A stretch of 64,000 bases of DNA. It comes from an uncultured delta proteobacterium. Lineage in GTDB: Bacteria; Myxococcota; Myxococcia; Myxococcales; Myxococcaceae. The position numbers were made by a program, and so were the translations under genes. Position 1 is the first letter of the stretch. Every line of letters begins with the position of its first letter. Positions 51,227 to 61,138 of the stretch are shown piece after piece. Under the pieces are notes generated by a model. The model searched no databases. It saw only the letters and a list, made by a program, of their open reading frames with translations, and was not told where the DNA came from. The DNA is taken from NCBI GenBank assembly GCA_963771175.1, contig CAVYSY010000051.1, forward strand, positions 64,001-128,000, in the 5' to 3' direction.

Positions 51227-53497
51227 ATGTTCAACGAGAAACCATTGCGGAGATGCTCGAGGTCTGTCCTGAGGACATTGCTGGTGGCCTGCATGGCGGT
51301 CTGGGTCGGCCAGGCCCGAGCGGAGGGCCTGCCCGGAAAGGCGTGGGATGCGTCCAGGCAGGGAGTGCTGGCGCACGGCGGCTGGGCCTTTTTCAAGCAG
51401 GCTCATTCGCTGGCGGTGGCACCGGATGGCACCGTCTGGGCCTGGGGCGACAACTCCCTTGGCCAGCTCGGGGACGGGACGCGGACCACGCGCTCCACGC
51501 CGGTACGGGTGGAGGGCTTGACGGACATGAAGGCCGCCTCGACTGGCAGCCGTTTCTCCCTGGCGCTGCGAGGGGATGGCACCGTCTGGAGCTGGGGCCG
51601 CGACATCTCCCTCCCGGGCTGGGAGAATCCTCGGCTCACGCCGGTGCGGGTGGAGGGCCTGACGGACGTGGTGGCCATCTCGGCGGGTGTGGACTACGCC
51701 CTGGCACTGCGCGGGGATGGCACTGTCTGGGTCTGGGGCATGAACTCCTCTGGCCAGCTCGGGAACGGGACGGCGAGTCCCACGCGTCAACCCACGCCGG
51801 TGCGAGTGGAGGGACTGACGGGCGTGGTGGACGTCTCGGCCGGTCCGCGCTCCATCCTGGCGCTGCGAGGGGATGGCACCGTCTGGGCCTGGGGTGACAA
51901 CTCCTCTGGCCAGCTCGGGGATGGGACCACGAGCCGGCGCCTGACCCCGGTTCGGGTGGAGGGCCTGACGGACGTGCGGGCTCTCATGGCCGCCAACGAC
52001 CATTCCCTGGCGGTACGTGCGGATGGCTCCCTCTGGGCCTGGGGCAATAACTCCGCCGGCCAGCTCGGGGATGGGACTCAGGCCCGGCGGCTGTCGCCGG
52101 TGCGGGTGGCCGGCGTGACGGAGGTGGTGGCTGTCTCGGGCGGTTTCCACCACTCCCTGGCCCTGCGCGAGGATGGCACCGTCTGGGCCTGGGGCTACAA
52201 CACCTACGGACAGCTCGGAGATGGGACGACGACCCAGCGGCTCTCCCCCGCGCCGGTGGAGGGTTTGAAGCAGGTGGTGGCCGTGGCCGCCGGCTCCGGT
52301 TCCCTGGCGTTGCGCAAGGACGGCACCCTGTGGGCCTGGGGCACGGACAGCTCCGGTGAGCTCGGCTCCGGTACCGGGGGGCCGAGGCCCCTGTCGCCGC
52401 TGCTGGGGCTCACGAGCGCGGTGGCCCTCTCGGGTGGCAACTCTCACTCCCTGGCGCTGCGGGAGGATGGCACTGTGTGGAGCTCGGGGTACAACGCCTC
52501 TGGCCAGCTCGGGGATGGTTCCACGGCGGACCGGTACTCCCTGGTGCGGGTGGAGGGCCTGTCGGACGTCCAGGCCATCTCGGCGGGTGCTGGCCATTCC
52601 CTGGCGCTGCGGGGAGATGGCACCGTGTGGAGCTGGGGCGACAACTTCTCGGGCCAGCTCGGGGATGGGCTGATGACCTTTTCGCGGCCCACCCCGGGGC
52701 TGGTACTCGGCCTGACGGACGTGAAGGCCATCTCCGCTGGTAGCAACTCCTCCCTGGCGCTGCTCGCGGATGGCACCGTGAGGAACTGGGGAGTGACGGG
52801 GACCTGGGGCATTGCAAGCCTTCCGGAGCCGGTGCCGGGCGTGTCAGGCGTGGTGGCCCTGGCGTCCGGCCGCATGCATGTCCTGGGGCTGCGCGCGGAC
52901 GGCACCGTGTGGGCCTGGGGTGACACCATGCATGGCCAGTGCGGCAGCTATTGGCCCCTGTTCGAGCCGTGGGTGATGCCTGGCCTGTCGGGGGTGGTGG
53001 CTGTCGCGGCCGGCGAGGCGCACTCCCTGGCGTTGCGTGAGGATGGCACCGTGTGGGCCTGGGGGGACAACTCCTTCGGCCAGCTCGGGAACGGGACGAC
53101 GAGCTTTGGGCAGGCCATCCCGGTGCAGGTGGAGGGCCTGACGGATGTGGTGTCCATCACGGCGGGTGGGGCCCAATCCCTGGCGCTGCGTGCGGACGGC
53201 TCCCTGTGGACCTGGGGCGCGAGCCTCGCCGCGTCGAATGTGAACCACCTCACCCCCGTGCGGGTGGAGGACGTGACGGACGTGGTGGCTGCCTCGAACG
53301 GTACGTTCCACACCCTGGCGCTGCGCGCGGACGGCACCGCGGTGGGCTGGGGCGCCAACGACCGGGGCCAGCTCGCCAATGGCGAGTCGAACCAGCTCTT
53401 CACCCCGACCCGCGTGCTGCTGCCCTGCCGCTTCAACGGGCTGCCCTCGCGTGAGCACCGCGCGTCCGAGCAGGAGCAGTGCCACGCGGCCCCCTGA
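51227..53497 (+). CDS. Secreted RCC1-repeat (BLIP-II-like) beta-propeller protein
   Basis: About 14 repeats of HSLALRxDGTVWAWGxNxxGQLGDG; signal peptide ARA. Confidence 0.9.
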   Translation: MFNEKPLRRCSRSVLRTLLVACMAVWVGQARAEGLPGKAWDASRQGVLAHGGWAFFKQAHSLAVAPDGTVWAWGDNSLGQLGDGTRTTRSTPVRVEGLTDMKAASTGSRFSLALRGDGTVWSWGRDISLPGWENPRLTPVRVEGLTDVVAISAGVDYALALRGDGTVWVWGMNSSGQLGNGTASPTRQPTPVRVEGLTGVVDVSAGPRSILALRGDGTVWAWGDNSSGQLGDGTTSRRLTPVRVEGLTDVRALMAANDHSLAVRADGSLWAWGNNSAGQLGDGTQARRLSPVRVAGVTEVVAVSGGFHHSLALREDGTVWAWGYNTYGQLGDGTTTQRLSPAPVEGLKQVVAVAAGSGSLALRKDGTLWAWGTDSSGELGSGTGGPRPLSPLLGLTSAVALSGGNSHSLALREDGTVWSSGYNASGQLGDGSTADRYSLVRVEGLSDVQAISAGAGHSLALRGDGTVWSWGDNFSGQLGDGLMTFSRPTPGLVLGLTDVKAISAGSNSSLALLADGTVRNWGVTGTWGIASLPEPVPGVSGVVALASGRMHVLGLRADGTVWAWGDTMHGQCGSYWPLFEPWVMPGLSGVVAVAAGEAHSLALREDGTVWAWGDNSFGQLGNGTTSFGQAIPVQVEGLTDVVSITAGGAQSLALRADGSLWTWGASLAASNVNHLTPVRVEDVTDVVAASNGTFHTLALRADGTAVGWGANDRGQLANGESNQLFTPTRVLLPCRFNGLPSREHRASEQEQCHAAP

Positions 53498-53549
53498 CGG
53501 ATGGCGGTGACGCTCCAGCCGCCCGGCGGTGACTGGAGCGCCTCGGGGT

Positions 53550-55283
53550 TCAGTGCGAGCGCACGGGCTCTTCCCGAGGAGCCGGGGCGGAGACACCTTC
53601 GGTGGGGGAGGTGTCTCTGGCCTCGGCTCCGGTGGCTGGACGGAGTCCGGGGCCGAGTGCCAGGTACTCGTGCACCATGCGCACGGCGATGGAGCCCTCG
53701 CCCACGGCGCTGGCCACCCGCTTGGTGGAGCCGCTGCGCACGTCTCCCGTCGCGAAGACGCCGGGCAGGGACGTCTCCAGCACCCAACCCCGGGTCCTGT
53801 CCCGGGTATGAGGCAGGGCTGGCCCGGTGAGGATGAAGCCGTGCTCGTCCATCGCCACCGTGCCGCGCAGCCACTCCGTGTGGGGATCGGCGCCGGTGAA
53901 GACGAAGAGCGCGCGGACGGGCAGCTCCCGTACGTTGCCCGTCTGGTTGTTCCGGGCCTGGAGGCCCGTGAGGTGGTCGTCGCCCAGCAGCTCCACCACG
54001 TCTGTGTGGGTCAACACCTCGATGTTGCGCGTGTTCTCGATGCGCGCCACGAGGTAGCGCGACATGCTCTTGGCCAGCTCTCCCCCGCGGAGGAGCATGT
54101 AGACGCGTCGGACCTTCTCGGCCATGAAGACGGCCGCCTGGCCCGCCGAGTTGCCTCCGCCCACGATGGCCACGGAGTCTCCGCGAAACAGGAGGGCCTC
54201 CGTCTCCGTCGCCGAGTAGTAGACGCCCGCGCCCTCCAGCTCCCGCATCCGGGGCACCGGGAGCCTCCGATAGCTCGCCCCGGTGGCGATGATGACGCTG
54301 TGGCTGGTCAGCCGGCTGCCATCGGCCAGCTCCACCACGTACGCGTCGCCCTCGCAGTGCAGCTTCACGGCCTCGGAGGGCATGCGGATGTGGGCGCCGA
54401 ACTTCTCGGCCTGGAGCCGGGCGCGGGCGGCCAGGTCCGCCCCGGAGATGCCCGAGGGGAAGCCCAGGTAGTTCTCGATCTTCGACGAGGTGCTGGCCTG
54501 CCCACCCACGGCCATGGCCTCCACCGTCACCGTGCGCAGCCCCTCCGATGCGCCATAGAGGGCGGCGGCCAGTCCTGCCGGGCCCGCGCCCACCACCACC
54601 AGATCCAGCAGCTCTCCGGTACCTTGCCCCACGTCGAGCCCCACCAGCTCCACCAGCTCCATGCTGCTCGGGTTGCGCCGCACCTCTCGCCCCTGCCAGA
54701 CGATGATGGGCGTCTCCTCGGGCCGGATGCCCAGCTCGCGCAGCATGGCCTCGGCGTGCGGATCGGCCTCCAGGTCCATCCAGACGTGGGGCAGGCGGTT
54801 GGCAACGGCGAACTCGCGCAGCCGCAGGGTGTCGCGCGAGTACCGCGAGCCGATGATGCGCAGGGTCTCCGTGGCGAGGCCTCCCAGCAGGATGAGCCGC
54901 CGCATGAGGAAGGCGTTGATGATGAGGTCGCTCAGGTCCGGCAGCATGGCGACGATCTCCCGCAGTCGCTCCGGAGGGATGACCAGCACTCGCCCCGCCT
55001 TGCTCACCCGCCCGGTCAGGTAGACGCGCTGGCCGGTGAACATGTTGACCTCACCGAGGAAGCGCCCGGCGCCATGCCTCGCCAGCACATGGGGAGACGG
55101 GCAGGAGTGGTCGATGATCTCCACCTCGCCTTCCAGGATGACGAAGAAGTCGTAGCGCGGGTCCCCCTCGCGGAAGAGGAGGTCTCCCTCGCGGGTCGGC
55201 CGCTCCTCGCCATAGTGATGAAGCCGGCTGAGCTGTGCCGGGGTCAGGGTGGGGAATGCCACCTGCCAATCCACTCGTGCCAT
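53550..55283 (-). CDS. cNMP-binding domain/thioredoxin-reductase-like FAD oxidoreductase
   Basis: N-terminal LFREGD...FLGE cNMP fold; GAGPAGLAAA, GGQA, IENYLGFP, ATG, GGGNSAGQ, GDVRSG. Confidence 0.88.
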   Translation of the reverse strand: MARVDWQVAFPTLTPAQLSRLHHYGEERPTREGDLLFREGDPRYDFFVILEGEVEIIDHSCPSPHVLARHGAGRFLGEVNMFTGQRVYLTGRVSKAGRVLVIPPERLREIVAMLPDLSDLIINAFLMRRLILLGGLATETLRIIGSRYSRDTLRLREFAVANRLPHVWMDLEADPHAEAMLRELGIRPEETPIIVWQGREVRRNPSSMELVELVGLDVGQGTGELLDLVVVGAGPAGLAAALYGASEGLRTVTVEAMAVGGQASTSSKIENYLGFPSGISGADLAARARLQAEKFGAHIRMPSEAVKLHCEGDAYVVELADGSRLTSHSVIIATGASYRRLPVPRMRELEGAGVYYSATETEALLFRGDSVAIVGGGNSAGQAAVFMAEKVRRVYMLLRGGELAKSMSRYLVARIENTRNIEVLTHTDVVELLGDDHLTGLQARNNQTGNVRELPVRALFVFTGADPHTEWLRGTVAMDEHGFILTGPALPHTRDRTRGWVLETSLPGVFATGDVRSGSTKRVASAVGEGSIAVRMVHEYLALGPGLRPATGAEARDTSPTEGVSAPAPREEPVRSH

Positions 55284-55518
55284 GGCGTGCTCCCTTCGCG
55301 CGGGACGAACGTGTCCCTTTCACGGATCCGCGGTTCGAGCACATGTGACAAGCGAGAGCTCTCCTGCCCTCGGAGGGGGGGAGCAGCCCTCTCCAGGCTG
55401 AAGGCACGGGATGCGCACCGAGAGGTGTGGGAGTCACTCAGCCCGAGGACGAGTTGTCCCTCGAGGAAGTGACGCAACCACGTGATGGGGATTGCGACGG
55501 CCGGAGGGCCCGTGTTAC

Positions 55519-55530
55519 TTCCAGTACGAA
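55519..55530. promoter_or_regulatory. Candidate MarR operator, copy 1
   Basis: TTCCAGTACGAA (TTC-N6-GAA), identical to the copy upstream of doxX. Confidence 0.55.
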
Positions 55531-55547
55531 CCTTTCGAGCATGAACG

Positions 55548-56003
55548 ATGCCGACCCATTACAAAGGCAGCGCGCGCGAGGCCCGGGCACTCGATACGTT
55601 CATCAAACTGACCCGGGCGATGGAGACGCTGGGGAGTGAGCTCCAGCGGCACCTCGCCAGCTACGAGATCACGCTGCCCCAGCTCGCGGTGCTGGAGGCC
55701 CTGCTGCACCTGGGGCCCATGAGCCAGGGCGAGCTGGGCCGCAAGCTGCTGCGCAGCAATCCCAACATGACGGCCCTGCTGGAAAATCTGGAGCGCAATG
55801 GGTGGATCGAACGCGCGCGGAGCCCGGAGGACCGCCGGGTCGTGGTGGTGAGCCTCTCCCGCGAGGGCCAGCGCATCATCGAGAAGGTGTTTCCGGCCCA
55901 TGCCGCTCACATCGCGGCGCTGTTGGGGGCCCTCTCCGCCGAGGAGCAGGAGCAGCTCGGCGCGCTGTGCAAGAAGCTGGGTCTTTCGCTGTCCCGCGGT
56001 TGA
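55548..56003 (+). CDS. MarR family transcriptional regulator
   Basis: ITLPQLAVLEAL, MSQGELG, LERNGWIERARSPEDRR. Confidence 0.92.
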   Translation: MPTHYKGSAREARALDTFIKLTRAMETLGSELQRHLASYEITLPQLAVLEALLHLGPMSQGELGRKLLRSNPNMTALLENLERNGWIERARSPEDRRVVVVSLSREGQRIIEKVFPAHAAHIAALLGALSAEEQEQLGALCKKLGLSLSRG

Positions 56004-56046
56004 CTCGCTCGTTGTCCCGCAACCGAAGTCTTTCTCGCGCATTTAA

Positions 56047-56058
56047 TTCCAGTACGAA
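56047..56058. promoter_or_regulatory. Candidate MarR operator, copy 2
   Basis: TTCCAGTACGAA in the AT-rich spacer before doxX. Confidence 0.55.
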
Positions 56059-56088
56059 GTATTCGTGCCAGAACCGAAGGAGTCAGTC

Positions 56089-56496
56089 ATGTCGAAGGCG
56101 AAGACGGTGGGTCTGTGGATTGTCACGGTGCTGCTCGCGGTTGCGTTCCTGGGGGCGGGAGGCTCCAAGCTGGCGGGGACGCCCATGCACGCGGAGAACT
56201 TCGCGCGCTGGGGTTACCCGCTGTGGTTCCTGTACGTCACCGGGGCCATCGAGGTGGTGGCGGCGCTGCTGGTGCTCGTGCCGCGCACGGCGACGCTGGG
56301 CGCGGGCCTGGTGCTCGGCACCATGGTGGGGGCCGTGCTGACGCACCTGAAGGCGGGTGAGACCTCTCAGGTGGTGGCTCCCCTCATCCTCCTGGGGCTC
56401 GGGGTGATCGTCGGCCTCGCGCGGCGCGATGAGGTGGTGGCGCCGTTCAACCGGTTCCTCGCCCGGGGCGGAGGGGCAGGGGAGGTCCGGGCATGA
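56089..56496 (+). CDS. DoxX family membrane protein
   Basis: AGGSKL, FARWGYP, GAIEV, MVGAVLTH. Confidence 0.85.
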   Translation: MSKAKTVGLWIVTVLLAVAFLGAGGSKLAGTPMHAENFARWGYPLWFLYVTGAIEVVAALLVLVPRTATLGAGLVLGTMVGAVLTHLKAGETSQVVAPLILLGLGVIVGLARRDEVVAPFNRFLARGGGAGEVRA

Positions 56497-57365
56497 GCAC
56501 GCGCTCCGTGGTGAAGGTGGTGGACTCCGTCCGCACCCTGGAGGGCGCCGGCTTCGTGGTGCGCCGGCCCTTCCCGGTGCCGGGCTTCAGTCACTTCGAT
56601 CCGTTCCTCCTCGTGGACGAGATGGGACCGATGGAGCTACCGCCGGGCGAGGCGAAGGGGGCGCCAGACCACCCCCACCGTGGCTTCGAGACGGTCAGCT
56701 ACATCCTGGCGGGTCAGACCGAGCACGAGGACTCGGCGGGACATGCGGGCGTGCTCGGTCCGGGGGACGTGCAATGGATGACGGCGGGGGCGGGCGTGGT
56801 CCACTCGGAGATGCCGTCCCGCGAGCTCTCCCGCCAGGGTGGGCGCATGCACGGCTTCCAGATCTGGGTCAACCTGCCCCGGCGAGACAAGATGATGGCG
56901 CCGCGTTACCAGGAGATTCCCGCCGCGCGCATCCCGGTGGCCTCGACGCCGGATGGGACGGTGCGGGTGAAGGTCATCGCGGGCGAGTCACTCGGCGCGC
57001 GCGCGGTCATCGACACGCGCACGCCCATCCAGTACCTGCACTTCACCCTCGCACCGGGGGCGCGCTTCGAGCAGCCGGTGCCACGGGACCACAATGCCTT
57101 CGCCTACCTCTTCGGCGGCGAGGGGACGTTCGGCCCCAAGGGGGAGCGGGCGGTGGAGGGGCAGGCGGTGCTGTTCACCAACGACGCCGACTCGGTGGTG
57201 ATGACCGCCACGGGGACCGCGCCCCTCGAGCTCCTGCTCCTCTCTGGAGTGCCCTTGCGTGAGCCGGTGGTGCGCTACGGGCCCTTCGTGATGAACACGC
57301 AGGCGGAGATCCTCCAGGCCTTCGAGGACTATCAGCGCGGGCGCATGGGGCGGATCCACCGCTAG
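56493..57365 (+). CDS. Pirin family protein (cytoplasmic)
   Basis: EGAGF, DPFLLVD, HPHRGFETV, QWMTAGAGVVHSE, GPFVMNT. Confidence 0.92.
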   Translation: MSTRSVVKVVDSVRTLEGAGFVVRRPFPVPGFSHFDPFLLVDEMGPMELPPGEAKGAPDHPHRGFETVSYILAGQTEHEDSAGHAGVLGPGDVQWMTAGAGVVHSEMPSRELSRQGGRMHGFQIWVNLPRRDKMMAPRYQEIPAARIPVASTPDGTVRVKVIAGESLGARAVIDTRTPIQYLHFTLAPGARFEQPVPRDHNAFAYLFGGEGTFGPKGERAVEGQAVLFTNDADSVVMTATGTAPLELLLLSGVPLREPVVRYGPFVMNTQAEILQAFEDYQRGRMGRIHR

Positions 57366-57517
57366 ACCGTTGGGCACCGACCCGACGCCTTGCTCTGCAC
57401 GGCCGGCTACACATGCCAGGAACCGTGGGACGGGTGCCACCCGGAGCGCGAGCCCCTACATCTGCGCTCCCCCATCGCCTTGGTACGGATCCGTGGTCGG
57501 GGGGGGGAGGGTTTCCG

Positions 57518-60010
57518 GTGCGATACCTCTGGTCCTGGCTCGAACACGGCTTGAAGCCTCGCTGTCTATTCTTGCTCCTGGCCTTGTTCCCGTTCGCTTC
57601 TTCTCAGGTACGAGCCAGCGATTCGCCTGCCTTGGCCCTGCCGAGCGGTTTCACCGAGGATGTGCTCGCCTCGGGCCTGAGCTTCCCGACAGCCTTCGTC
57701 AGCCTCCCGGACGGGCGCATCCTGATCGCCGAGAAGGCGGGCGTGGTGAGGGTCTACAAGAGCGGGGCCCTCCTGGGCACGCCCTTCCTCGACATCCAGG
57801 ATCGCGTCAATGCCTTCCACGATCGCGGGTTGCTGGGCCTGACCATCGACCCGAACTTCGCGCGGAACGGCTTCATCTATCTGCTCTACACCTACGAGAA
57901 CGACGCGGGCGACTACGAGGGGCCCAAGACAGGGCGCCTGGCGCGCTATACGGCGGTGGGTGATACGGCCTCACCGAGCAGCGAGGCGGTGCTGCTGGGC
58001 ACCACCGTGGGTCGCTCCTGCAACGATTTTCCGCCGGGCACCGACTGCATCCCCTCGGACTCCCCGTCCCACTCCGTGGGCAACGTCAAGTTCGCACCCG
58101 ATGGCAGCCTCTTCGTGACGCTCGGGGATGGGTCCAGGTACATCCGCGTCGAACGCGATGCGCTGCGGGCCCAGGATCTCGACTCACTCGCGGGCAAGGT
58201 GCTCCGCATCACACCCGGCGGACAGGGGCGGTCGACGAACCCCTTCTGGAACGGCGATGCCAGCGCCAATCGTTCGAAGGTCTGGAGCCTCGGCCTGCGC
58301 AATCCCTTCCGCTTCAACCTGCGCCCGGGCAGCGGAATCCCCTACCTGGGGGACGTCGGCTGGAGCACCTACGAGGAGATCAACGTCGCCACCGCGGGAG
58401 CCAACTTCGGCTGGCCCTGCTACGAGGGCCCCGAGCAGCAGGGGGGCTACGCGCCTCAGCCGGAATGCCAGGCCCTTTATGCGCTCGGCCCGTCCGCCGT
58501 GAAGATGCCGCTCTATGATTGGCCACACGCGGGAGGCTCGGCGTCGGCCATCGGCGGGGTGTTCTATACCGGCACCGCCTACCCAGATGCCTATCAGGGC
58601 GCCTTCTTCTTCGGAGACTACTCGAAGGGCTGGCTGCGCTACCTGCGGGTGGATGACGCGGACAACCTCCTCGAGGTGAGCGATTTCGCGAACGAGCTCA
58701 GCGGGCTGGTCGCTCTCGAGCTCGGCCCGGATACGCACCTCTACTACCTCGACATCGTTCAAGGGGAACTGCGCCGCATCCGCTACACGGGAGCGAACTC
58801 TCCCCCCACCGCGGTGGCCTCGGCGACCCCGACGAATGGGAGCGCGCCCCTGAGCGTGCGGTTCTCCAGCGCTGGGTCGAGTGATGCGGAGGGCGATTCG
58901 CTGTCCTACGCCTGGGACTTCGGAGATGGCTCACCCACGACGGCCGAGCCCGAGCCGCTGCACACCTATTCCGAGAATGGCACCTACACCGCGCGGCTGA
59001 CCGTGACGGATGCGCGGGGAGGAAGCAGCTCGGCGGTGGTGGCCATCTCCGTTGGCAATCACGCGCCCACCGCGACCATCCACGCGCCTCTCCCCTCACT
59101 CCTGTTCAAGGTGGGGGATGGCATTGCGTTCTCCGGCTCGGCGACGGACCCAGAGGACGGGTCCATTCCCGATACCCGGTTGGCGTGGACAGTCATCCTG
59201 CACCACTGCCCGGGTGGAGAATGTCACCCCCACCCGTACCTCTCGCGCACGGGAGCGGCGGGGAGCTTCACCGTCCCGGACCATGGTGACGAGTTCTTCT
59301 TGGAGCTCCAGCTCACCGCCACGGATGCCAATGGCCTGTCGGACACGAAGAGCGTGACGATCCATCCCCAGACGGTGGTGCTCACCCTGGACACCTCGCC
59401 GCCCGGACTGCTGGTGGTGTACGACGGCATGACCGAGACGGCTCCCTTCACGCGCACGGCCGTCGTCGGCGCCACCCACACCGTCTACGCGCCCTCACCG
59501 CAGGGGGATTTCAACTTCGATTCCTGGTCGGATGGTGGCGACATCCAGCACCAGGTGACGGTCGGTACGACGGACGCCACGTACACCGCGATGTTCGCCG
59601 CAACGGGGCCCGTCGTCTGCCCGGTGGGGGAGTTCCGTGCGGAGTACTTCAATAACCGTGACCTCGCCGGGACCCCCTTCCGCATCCGTTGCGAGCCCGC
59701 CCCCATCAACTATGACTGGGGCGAGGGCGCGCCGCCCGAGACTGGCCTGGGGCCGGATGAGTTCTCGGTGCGTTGGACGGGACGCATCTACTTCTCGTCG
59801 GGCTTCTACAGATTCACTGCCCGCGCCGACGACGGGGTGCGGCTCTGGGTCGACGGCGGCTCGCCCCTCGTCAACGCGTGGGTGGATCAGTCTCCCACGA
59901 GCTATTACGGCTACCGCTACCTGTCCCGGGGCGAGCACAAGGTGACGCTCGAGTTCTACGAAGCAGGAGGCGGCGCGGTCAGCCAACTCCGCTGGGTCAA
60001 GCTGTGGTGA
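57518..60010 (+). CDS. PQQ-dependent sugar dehydrogenase-like (GSDH) protein with PKD and PA14 domains
   Basis: RGLLG..DPNF, GKVLRI, GLRNPFR, GANFGWP; PKD WDFGDG; PA14 FSVRWTG...DDGVRLWVDG; start uncertain. Confidence 0.82.
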   Translation: MRYLWSWLEHGLKPRCLFLLLALFPFASSQVRASDSPALALPSGFTEDVLASGLSFPTAFVSLPDGRILIAEKAGVVRVYKSGALLGTPFLDIQDRVNAFHDRGLLGLTIDPNFARNGFIYLLYTYENDAGDYEGPKTGRLARYTAVGDTASPSSEAVLLGTTVGRSCNDFPPGTDCIPSDSPSHSVGNVKFAPDGSLFVTLGDGSRYIRVERDALRAQDLDSLAGKVLRITPGGQGRSTNPFWNGDASANRSKVWSLGLRNPFRFNLRPGSGIPYLGDVGWSTYEEINVATAGANFGWPCYEGPEQQGGYAPQPECQALYALGPSAVKMPLYDWPHAGGSASAIGGVFYTGTAYPDAYQGAFFFGDYSKGWLRYLRVDDADNLLEVSDFANELSGLVALELGPDTHLYYLDIVQGELRRIRYTGANSPPTAVASATPTNGSAPLSVRFSSAGSSDAEGDSLSYAWDFGDGSPTTAEPEPLHTYSENGTYTARLTVTDARGGSSSAVVAISVGNHAPTATIHAPLPSLLFKVGDGIAFSGSATDPEDGSIPDTRLAWTVILHHCPGGECHPHPYLSRTGAAGSFTVPDHGDEFFLELQLTATDANGLSDTKSVTIHPQTVVLTLDTSPPGLLVVYDGMTETAPFTRTAVVGATHTVYAPSPQGDFNFDSWSDGGDIQHQVTVGTTDATYTAMFAATGPVVCPVGEFRAEYFNNRDLAGTPFRIRCEPAPINYDWGEGAPPETGLGPDEFSVRWTGRIYFSSGFYRFTARADDGVRLWVDGGSPLVNAWVDQSPTSYYGYRYLSRGEHKVTLEFYEAGGGAVSQLRWVKLW

Positions 60011-60082
60011 GGGAAGCTCCGCGGTTCCGTGCTCGGGTCGTGAGGCCACGGCCGACGACCCGAGCACCACGGGCTCAATGCC

Positions 60083-60691
60083 TTACTTCAGCAGGCCTTC
60101 GGCCTTGAGGGCAGCCTGCACGTGGGGACGCGCGGCCACGCGGCCCTGGTACGCCTGCAGCACCGGCCACTTGGACAGATCGATGTCGACCCACTTGCAC
60201 CAGTTCAGCACGGTGAACAGGTAGGCATCGGCGACGGTGAACTGCTCGCCCATGAGGAAGGGACCCTTCTCGAGCGGACCGTTCAGGTGGTCGAAGCGCT
60301 TGCCGAGGTTCTCGCGGAACGTCTTCTTCACCTCCTCGGGATATGAGGGGTTGAAGAGGGGGCTGAAGCCTTTGTGGATCTCGGTGGAGATGAAGTTGAG
60401 CAGCTCCTGGAGGCGGTAGCGCTCCATCGTGCCGTGGGCCGGCGCGAGCTTGGACTGGGGCGCCTTGTCGGCGATGTACTGGACGATGGCGGGGCCCTCG
60501 GTGAGGAGGCTGCCGTCATCGAGCTGCAGGGCCGGCACGTAGCCCTTGGAGTTGATGGCCGTGAAGTCCTTGCCGGACTCGGTCTTCTTGGTGCGCAGGT
60601 CGACCTTCTCGACCTCGAAGGACAGGCCCGCCTCTCGCAGGACGATGTGGGGCGACAGCGAGCAGGCACCAGGGGAGTAGTAGAGCTTCAT
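60083..60691 (-). CDS. gstA: Glutathione S-transferase (beta class)
   Basis: MKLYYSPGACSLSPHI, GYVPAL, EGPAIVQY, FTVADAYLF. Confidence 0.92.
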   Translation of the reverse strand: MKLYYSPGACSLSPHIVLREAGLSFEVEKVDLRTKKTESGKDFTAINSKGYVPALQLDDGSLLTEGPAIVQYIADKAPQSKLAPAHGTMERYRLQELLNFISTEIHKGFSPLFNPSYPEEVKKTFRENLGKRFDHLNGPLEKGPFLMGEQFTVADAYLFTVLNWCKWVDIDLSKWPVLQAYQGRVAARPHVQAALKAEGLLK

Positions 60692-61138
60692 TCGTGAGGA
60701 CTCCTTGTTCGTACGCCTGGGTGTAGGCGGCTGGACTATTTGCACGGTCCCCCTCCCCCGCGCCACGGAATCATCCCACACTCGGAGTGAAGCGGTGGGC
60801 GGTCGCCGGTCTGGTCCGACTGCCTGTGCGGTTTCGCTTCACTCTGCTCTCCTCATGTCCATACAGAGAAATACGTACGAGGCTCGCGGCTGCTCGACAA
60901 GGGCTCCGCGAGTCCTGCGCGTTGCAGTGCTTTTGATCGCAACTCCTGCATGGCTTTCACGGGTGGCTCTTCGCTTTCACGGCATCTTTGCTCTCGGGGT
61001 GGATGGAATCCTCATTCGACGCCAGAGATTGATTTGATCATATACACGCTCACCGTCGTTGCGGTATCAAGGATTCGGTCTCGAGGCCGGTCGTGATCAT
61101 GTCTGTGTGATTGGAAAACCCATCCTGGAGCCAGTGGC

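Noticed and set aside
51400..53400. Periodic ~150-bp repeats resembling a CRISPR array
   Set aside because: In-frame, degenerate coding RCC1 repeats; no constant repeat-unique spacer pattern and no cas genes.
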